Positions 58,204-64,000 of a stretch of DNA of 64,000 bases are shown here, piece by piece. The notes under the pieces are model-generated. The model was not told the origin of the DNA and made no database searches. It saw only the letters and a program-made list of their open reading frames with translations. Source of the stretch: Spirochaetota bacterium (lineage in GTDB: Bacteria; Spirochaetota; UBA4802; JAFGJZ01); NCBI GenBank assembly GCA_027858855.1, contig JAQIBV010000021.1, positions 2,816-66,815 on the forward strand. The letters run 5' to 3'. Within the stretch, counting starts at the first letter, position 1, and each line of letters opens with the position of its first letter. Position numbers and translations under genes: made by a program.

Positions 58204-58604
58204 TAACTGGCCTCAAATTGAAAAGATCTTTGAAGTAGACAGATAGAATCCCACTTCAACTACAAACCAGCTTAAAAGTATATAAAAACGATGTTAAAAT
58301 CAAATTAATTGAGACCCAGTTTAAAACAGAAAATTCGAGAGAGAATATAAGGTTTTCTTTTCAATAGAAAAAAGAAGACGGAAGAGGACGAGGAGAAGGG
58401 TTATTCCCAAGAGAGAGACTTTTGTTAATAAAGCAGTTTTCATAGTTTGCAGATTATATTACTATCAGTAATTTTAAAATCGAATTTAACAATCTGCTAC
58501 AAATGTTCATATCAATGTATTTTTGATATCACTTAAAAATGCATTTTGCCAGGTAAAGTTTCTTTAAGAATAGGTCCAATATTATAGGAGCTTTTAGAAG
58601 AGCC

Positions 58605-59708
58605 CTACTTGTTAAACTTTAAAAGATCTTTCATTGAAAGACTTTTTTTTGCATCTGTCTGTTTCAGTTTTGATGGCAAATAGGCATCATTATAAAATTG
58701 TGCTACTTTAAACACCGCATGATCTTTCATCTTTTTATTAATTTTTACCTGAAGATTGTATTCTTTTTTTCGAAAACCGCGATTCAGAATATGAAGAACA
58801 TCCGATACATTTTGCGCAAAATGACGACTGTAAACAAAACTAAAGGCCAGCACAATAATGATAATTATGAAAAAATATTGGATCTGTAAAAATGATGTTT
58901 TTGCCCTGACAGGAAGAAGAGAGAAATAAAATATAAATCCTTTGTAACTGACAATCCTTATATCATCTGCTGTATGATGCAAAGCAACATGCTCGTCATT
59001 AAACGGATATAGGTCTTCATCCTGATACATAACCCTCAAAAGATCATTTTTGTTTTTAAAATGAAGCCGAGCACTCTCTTTGACTGTTAGAATTGTATCC
59101 TGTTCAATCTCTAAAATGGTATCTACAGTCTGCTTATGGTTTTCAATTTTATCAGTCATCATGGACTCAAAAGGATTAACAAACAGAGCAGAAAAAATTA
59201 TGAGAGATATTATTATAGAAAATACTGCTGTTGTAGTAATAACAGAAACATGGTGTTGAGCCATTTGAGACTCAGTATTATGAATTTTGCCGAATATTTT
59301 TACAATACGTATAAGACGCAATACCCGGGTCACCCGTATTGCCTTAACTACCTTTAATGCATTTAAAATTCCAACTCCAGCCACGGCACCTTTTATATCA
59401 CCATAAAGAAGAATATATAATGATGGCCCTGAATTTAACAACAACAACGGTAAAGAGCTTAGAAAATCTATCCATCCTCTGCGATAAGCAAAATAGTCCA
59501 CAAACTTCTTCTGAGTCGCATTCGCAATCGACCGTGTTATAAACTCAATAGAAAAAATCAGATCGAAAGTAAAACCTGAAATAAGAAGTATATTGCGCCA
59601 CTCTACGCTCCATGAGCGCATAACACTAAAGTCATCTAAAAATGTCTGGATTAGAACCAGAACGATACAGATAAAAATAAAATTTTCTAAAACAGGATGT
59701 TTCTTCAT
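58605..59708 (-). CDS. membrane protein with voltage-sensor-like domain (S1-S4 with RVTRVLRLIRIVK S4) but no recognisable pore/selectivity filter
   Basis: Four TM helices then arginine-every-third S4, S5-like helix, about 110-aa soluble insert, one more TM helix; no T/SxGxG filter; ATG 59708 preferred over GTG 59735. Confidence 0.55.
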   Translation of the reverse strand: MKKHPVLENFIFICIVLVLIQTFLDDFSVMRSWSVEWRNILLISGFTFDLIFSIEFITRSIANATQKKFVDYFAYRRGWIDFLSSLPLLLLNSGPSLYILLYGDIKGAVAGVGILNALKVVKAIRVTRVLRLIRIVKIFGKIHNTESQMAQHHVSVITTTAVFSIIISLIIFSALFVNPFESMMTDKIENHKQTVDTILEIEQDTILTVKESARLHFKNKNDLLRVMYQDEDLYPFNDEHVALHHTADDIRIVSYKGFIFYFSLLPVRAKTSFLQIQYFFIIIIIVLAFSFVYSRHFAQNVSDVLHILNRGFRKKEYNLQVKINKKMKDHAVFKVAQFYNDAYLPSKLKQTDAKKSLSMKDLLKFNK

Positions 59709-59718
59709 AATTACTCTT

Positions 59719-60669
59719 TTACCAATTATTGTCACCGGCTATCATAAACAGATCTTCCAGCAACCTTTTATCAAACCCGTAAAACTTTGCATTTTTTCGC
59801 ATTATACTAAACCAGCTCTTATCCGGAGTTTCTGCGCCACGATCGATAGTTCTATATTCCTGATAATTATGAAACCGTTGAGTCATAATATGAAGAAATC
59901 GCGCCGAACTATCTTCAGGTGTCAGGTATGTTTCTGAAAGATTTGACTTCAAAGCCATTTCAAGGACTGAAGAATCAATTCCAGGAAGTTTACGTTGTAA
60001 CTGTTTGGATCGGAGAGAAAAATACTGCGATAAAAGACGAGGCTCATTTTTAAAACTGACAATATTCACCTTCGTTGTAGAGAGAGGAGGAAGCTCTTCT
60101 TTTAGAAAAGCGGCTCCTCTTAAAAGAAGAAGTGTTTTCAGATAGTTAACATACTCTTCTGTTCTTAAATTGTTTTTTTGAACGCGAACCAATTCAAAAT
60201 AGAGCGGGCTATGCCTTGAAAAGCTGGAACCAATATATCGCTCTAAAGCACTGGCCTTGAAAATATTGAACATCGCCTGAAAAGTTAAACGAGCTTCACG
60301 GTTATTGATAATTTCTTTAATATAACCCTTAATCATCTGATTATAGTAATCTGAATTATACGTCCCTGCGAACATATTACCCAATACAGTAAAATCAACT
60401 GAATCAATAGCCGAATAGATATCAGGAAGGATCTCTTTAACTGTTCTGTTACGTAAATCTGTAGCAATCATTTGTAATATCTGACTGGCAGGTACCCCAG
60501 GGAAAAACTGGGGAGATTGAAAATTCACCTTAAGTTTCTCAAGATTAGTATTAATAAAATTGAGTACAACCTGCTCGGCCATCAAAGCTGATTCACTTTG
60601 AACATTCGGGTTTGAAAGCAAATGAGAAACAAAGCTGGATATTTTTTCCTGGTGCTGATGCATTATCAA
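59719..60669 (-). CDS. hypothetical protein (316 aa), co-transcribed upstream of VSD protein
   Basis: No recognisable domain; TTG/ATG start; 10-nt gap to VSD gene. Confidence 0.5.
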   Translation of the reverse strand: MIMHQHQEKISSFVSHLLSNPNVQSESALMAEQVVLNFINTNLEKLKVNFQSPQFFPGVPASQILQMIATDLRNRTVKEILPDIYSAIDSVDFTVLGNMFAGTYNSDYYNQMIKGYIKEIINNREARLTFQAMFNIFKASALERYIGSSFSRHSPLYFELVRVQKNNLRTEEYVNYLKTLLLLRGAAFLKEELPPLSTTKVNIVSFKNEPRLLSQYFSLRSKQLQRKLPGIDSSVLEMALKSNLSETYLTPEDSSARFLHIMTQRFHNYQEYRTIDRGAETPDKSWFSIMRKNAKFYGFDKRLLEDLFMIAGDNNW

Positions 60670-60820
60670 TCTCGTAGCGAAGTTTTTTTAAAACATAGTA
60701 ATACACATATATTTTTTCAAAATTTGTTTGTAAACAGGTTTTTATCAAGAGAACGCAGTAAAAAGCAATTTTATTTATTAAAGGAGAGAAAAGAGAGTTA
60801 TATCAATGAAGAATGCATTT

Positions 60821-61333
60821 TTACATTTTTAGAAAGACAACTCCCTGTACTAAATCTTCAGAAATTACTCCAAAATAACGACTATCAAAACTATAGTCCC
60901 AGTTATCCCCAATTACAAAAAGCTCCTCTTCAGGAACTATCTTTTCAGCATAAGTATCCCGTCCTGTCTGTTCTGCGGTAAAAATCCTGGGGTCAGAGCT
61001 TGTAAATGGAAAAGAAACGACTTCTCCATTTACAAAAACCTTTTTCTGATCTATTTTAACCACAGAACCAGCCTCTGCAACCACACGAACCAGGTACTGT
61101 TTCTCACTTTGCAAGGGGCTTTTAATCAATACCACATCTCCAACATCTGGAGATTTAAACCTGTTAATAAAAATATAGTCTCCGGGCTTAAATGCCGGAG
61201 ACATATCTTTATCACTTACCCTATAACCGCCGAAGAAGATAATTGTTATCAAAAAACCCAAACAAACTCCTGCGCAAGTAAAAACAATTTTCGGAAACAG
61301 GGGGCTATCTGTTTGCTCTCTATCTTTATACAT
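60821..61333 (-). CDS. lepB: signal peptidase I
   Basis: S26 boxes: ...DMSPAF (Ser), GDNWDYSFDSRYFG (box E). Confidence 0.85.
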   Translation of the reverse strand: MYKDREQTDSPLFPKIVFTCAGVCLGFLITIIFFGGYRVSDKDMSPAFKPGDYIFINRFKSPDVGDVVLIKSPLQSEKQYLVRVVAEAGSVVKIDQKKVFVNGEVVSFPFTSSDPRIFTAEQTGRDTYAEKIVPEEELFVIGDNWDYSFDSRYFGVISEDLVQGVVFLKM

Positions 61334-62510
61334 CCGTTACCGCTTTTTTAAAAAATCTTGCCATCAATACACCGTCAATATTTTTGATTTTTTCTAATGT
61401 ACTATCTGATATCTCACCGTCAATATTAATAATGTTATAGGCGAGTTCATTTTTGTGCTTATTAACCATGTCCTGAATATTGATATCATCGACCGCTATT
61501 ATTGAAGAGATTTGACCAACCATGTTCGGTATGTTTCTGTTCGCAATAACCAGACGATGGTCCGTTGTAAACGGTAAATTACATTCTGGAAAATTTATGG
61601 AATTAGTAATCGTTCCGTTTTCCAAATACTCTTTCATCTGCTCTACGGCCATTACAGCACAATTCTCTTCAGCCTCTTCAGTAGATGCCCCAAGATGCGG
61701 TAAATTAATAACATTCTTCATTGAAATCAGCTCTTCATCAGGAAAGTCGGTCACATAAAGCGCAACCTTTCCTTCATCAAGAGCAACTCTTAAATCTGCA
61801 TTATTAACAAGGCCCCCGCGAGCAAAATTCAGAAGTACTGTATTCTTGCGCATCATTTTAAAACGGTCTTTATTCATCAAACCACGAGTATTGTCGTTAA
61901 GTGGGATATGAAGAGAAATATAATCACACTCGGCAGTCAACTCATCGATACTGCGGCAACGAGCAATTGAGTGATGAAGATCCCAGGCATTATCAACAGT
62001 AATGAATGGGTCAAAACCGACAACTTTCATTCCTAGAGCATTCGCTGTATTTGCAACCATAACACCTATCGCACCCAAACCAATAATCCCGATCTTTTTA
62101 CCAGAAATTTCAGTTCCGGTAAACTGACTCTTTCCCTTCTCTACCAGCTTCGGAACCTCATCCCCTTTGCCTTCCAACGACGGAACCCACTCAAGAGCAT
62201 CCTTTATTTTACGAGCCGACATCAACATTCCAGTAAAAACAAGCTCTTTTACAGAATTTGCATTCGCGCCCGGTGTATTAAAAACAACAACACCCTTCTC
62301 GGTACACTTCTCTACCGGTATATTATTCACGCCTGCACCGGCTCTGGCTATTGCTTTTAAATTATCGGGAAGTTCCATATCGTTCATCTTAAAACTACGA
62401 ACGATTATTCCGTCAGGGCTGCTCATTTCAGATGCTATCTCATAATTATCATGAGTCATACGATCGAGACCCTTTACAGCTATTTTATTTAATGTCTGTA
62501 TTTTATACAT
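61326..62510 (-). CDS. serA: D-3-phosphoglycerate dehydrogenase with C-terminal ACT domain
   Basis: 2-hydroxyacid dehydrogenase NAD-binding GIIGLGAIGVMVA, catalytic His; ACT tail. Confidence 0.9.
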   Translation of the reverse strand: MYKIQTLNKIAVKGLDRMTHDNYEIASEMSSPDGIIVRSFKMNDMELPDNLKAIARAGAGVNNIPVEKCTEKGVVVFNTPGANANSVKELVFTGMLMSARKIKDALEWVPSLEGKGDEVPKLVEKGKSQFTGTEISGKKIGIIGLGAIGVMVANTANALGMKVVGFDPFITVDNAWDLHHSIARCRSIDELTAECDYISLHIPLNDNTRGLMNKDRFKMMRKNTVLLNFARGGLVNNADLRVALDEGKVALYVTDFPDEELISMKNVINLPHLGASTEEAEENCAVMAVEQMKEYLENGTITNSINFPECNLPFTTDHRLVIANRNIPNMVGQISSIIAVDDINIQDMVNKHKNELAYNIINIDGEISDSTLEKIKNIDGVLMARFFKKAVTDV

Positions 62511-62524
62511 AGTTGTCCTCCATA

Positions 62525-63607
62525 TTACGCATTATTTTTTTCAAAACCCTTCATGAACTCTACCAGCTTCGCAACACCTTCAAGCGGCATTGCATTATAA
62601 ATAGAAGCCCGCATTCCGCCTACAGAGCGATGCCCCTTAAGATTTACAAATCCACTTGTGGTGGCCTCTTTAATAAAACGAGCATTCATATCCTCATCTC
62701 CGGTAACAAAGGGCACATTCATCAAAGAGCGATACTCCTGCTCAACAGTGGCTTGAAACAGCTTACTCTCATCAAGATAGTCATAGAGTATTTTAGCCTT
62801 TTTCTGGTTATACTCCTGCATTGCATTTAAGCCGCCATCGTTAATCAACTTCTGAAAAACAAGACCAGCAATATAGGCACTGTATGTCGGTGGAGTGTTA
62901 AACATGGATTCTCCCTCAACATGTGTTTTGTAATTCAGCATTGTCGGTATTGAATCGTCCACCAGACCGATCAGATCTTCACGTATAATCACAACAGTAA
63001 TTCCTGCAGGCCCGATATTCTTCTGTGCACCCGCAAAAATGATACCGAATTTTGATACATCCACAGGTCGGGAAAGAATATCCGAAGACATGTCGGCAAT
63101 CAGAGGAACCGAACCTGTATCAGGAAAATCAACAAAACGTGTACCATAAATAGTGTTATTCGACACAAGATAAAAATAATCCGCGTCTTTGGTAAATCTT
63201 GCCGGATCAAGTTTTGGAATCTTATTGAATGTTGTATCTTCTGATGTGGCAACAACATTAACTGTTCCAAATTTTTTACCTTCAGCTATCGCTTTTTTAG
63301 ACCATACACCTGTATTAACATAATCCATCTTCTTTGTTTTAACCGCAAGATTAAGGGGAACCATGGAAAACTGCAAAGAAGCCCCACCCTGAAGAAAAAG
63401 AATCTTATAATTATTCGGAATATTCATAAGTTTTCGCAAATCATCCTGAGCCTTGTAAAATAGATCCATATATTCTGCCGACCGGTGACTCATCTCCATT
63501 ACCGACATTCCGGATGTTCCATATTCCACTAATTCAGATGCTGCTTTTTTTAAAACCTCTTCAGGTAAAACTGCCGGACCTGCTGAAAAATTATATACTC
63601 GTGCCAT
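62525..63607 (-). CDS. serC: phosphoserine aminotransferase
   Basis: MARVYNFSAGPAVLPEEVL... class V aminotransferase, 360 aa. Confidence 0.92.
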   Translation of the reverse strand: MARVYNFSAGPAVLPEEVLKKAASELVEYGTSGMSVMEMSHRSAEYMDLFYKAQDDLRKLMNIPNNYKILFLQGGASLQFSMVPLNLAVKTKKMDYVNTGVWSKKAIAEGKKFGTVNVVATSEDTTFNKIPKLDPARFTKDADYFYLVSNNTIYGTRFVDFPDTGSVPLIADMSSDILSRPVDVSKFGIIFAGAQKNIGPAGITVVIIREDLIGLVDDSIPTMLNYKTHVEGESMFNTPPTYSAYIAGLVFQKLINDGGLNAMQEYNQKKAKILYDYLDESKLFQATVEQEYRSLMNVPFVTGDEDMNARFIKEATTSGFVNLKGHRSVGGMRASIYNAMPLEGVAKLVEFMKGFEKNNA

Positions 63608-63620
63608 ACGACCCCCCTTT

Positions 63621-64000
63621 TCATTTGCTTCCGAGCGAAATCATTGCACTCAAAACTCGCAACTCCTTCGTCACATCCACATCTGTTATCACAATATTTT
63701 TATCAGTTGTTAAAAGTGCAGAACTAAAATTTACTATGCCTTTAATTCCACCTTTTACTAAACGATCAACACAAAGCTGTGCGGCCTCAAACGGCACTGC
63801 AAGAATTGCCAGTTCTATTTCCCGCTCTTTAACAATTTCAGGTATCATATACGATGGAAAAAGATCAGTTTCAGCCGGCAGTGTCTCGACAATATTAACA
63901 TTCGAATCAAACCCGGCCACTATATCAAAGCCGTAACTGCTGAACCGTGAATAGTTAATAATTGCTGTTCCGATTTTTCCCAGCCCCACCACACATGCTT
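63621..64000 (-). CDS. rex: redox-sensing transcriptional repressor Rex (C-terminal Rossmann/CoA-binding part; N-terminus outside window)
   Basis: VGLGKIGTAIINY NAD(H)-binding GxGxxG; ORF open to window end. Confidence 0.8.
   Translation of the reverse strand, partial: ACVVGLGKIGTAIINYSRFSSYGFDIVAGFDSNVNIVETLPAETDLFPSYMIPEIVKEREIELAILAVPFEAAQLCVDRLVKGGIKGIVNFSSALLTTDKNIVITDVDVTKELRVLSAMISLGSK

Noticed and set aside
58380-58445. 39-codon hydrophobic minus-strand ORF (MKTALLTKVSLLGITLLLVLFRLLFSIEKKTLYSLSNFLF) in the 400-bp gap upstream of the 7TMR-DISM gene
   Set aside because: No SD, overlaps a purine-rich tract; cannot distinguish from chance in AT-rich DNA
62513-63936. Plus-strand ORFs 62513..62830 and 63514..63936
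   Set aside because: Antisense to the highly conserved serC and rex genes; spurious
1-64000. Mobile elements, CRISPR arrays, integrases, restriction-modification or toxin-antitoxin loci
   Set aside because: No transposase/integrase-like ORFs, no regularly spaced short repeats, no terminal inverted repeats flanking any segment; gene content is housekeeping throughout

Overview
This AT-rich bacterial window (roughly 35-40% GC by eye, thi operon noticeably higher) is densely packed with housekeeping genes. I found no IS elements, integrases, CRISPR arrays, prophage or toxin-antitoxin signatures.

Lipoproteins, OmpA-domain proteins and beta-barrel OMPs point to a diderm organism. Synteny is Firmicute/Spirochaete-like (yaaR-holB-ricT, ispE-glmU-prs-ctc-pth), and the signalling repertoire (7TMR-DISM, sigma-54 EBP, HD-GYP, hybrid kinases) would fit a Spirochaetes-like anaerobe. 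I cannot assign taxonomy from sequence alone.

Genes recognised, in order:
- leuS 3' end.
- A TPP-riboswitch-controlled thi4-thiE-thiC-thiD operon.
- A GH15 hydrolase plus fused OtsA-OtsB trehalose module.
- carA.
- A translationally coupled 3'-5' exonuclease / SAM-methyltransferase / MBL-hydrolase trio.
- ruvC, yebC, pth, rplY(ctc), prs, a GlmU-N-terminal-only nucleotidyltransferase, tRNA-Gln(UUG), ispE.
- Paralogous OmpA-like lipoproteins, a clostripain (C11) lipoprotein, ogt, PAP2, GSCFA, rhomboid.
- ricT(PSP1)-holB-yaaR-bactofilin, sppA, holA.
- A class-I adenylate cyclase (CyaA-type).
- Hybrid histidine kinase plus REC-HATPase protein.
- smpB, a ComFB-like protein, lon, a GAF-sigma54 activator, HD-GYP.
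- lysC, yjbQ, an outer-membrane protein cluster, an alpha/beta hydrolase.
- A Q-rich protein plus YbjN/CesT-like protein.
- A CsgG-like lipoprotein.
- 7TMR-DISM-RsbW-like sensor.
- A voltage-sensor-domain membrane protein with no recognisable pore.
- lepB, serA, serC, rex 5' part.

Most interesting non-obvious signals:
- A 58-codon ORF hidden below the ORF-track cutoff that looks like a free-standing NrdD-type glycyl-radical loop.
- Tandem ~75-bp hairpin repeats in front of sppA.
- A hybrid kinase whose receiver domain has no canonical start codon but a well-placed SD in front of AUA.
- A second-messenger-flavoured cluster (class I CyaA; HD-GYP - GAF-EBP - Lon - ComFB-like).
- The VSD-only membrane protein.

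Coordinates of hairpins and re-called starts are from manual indexing and may be off by 1-2 nt.
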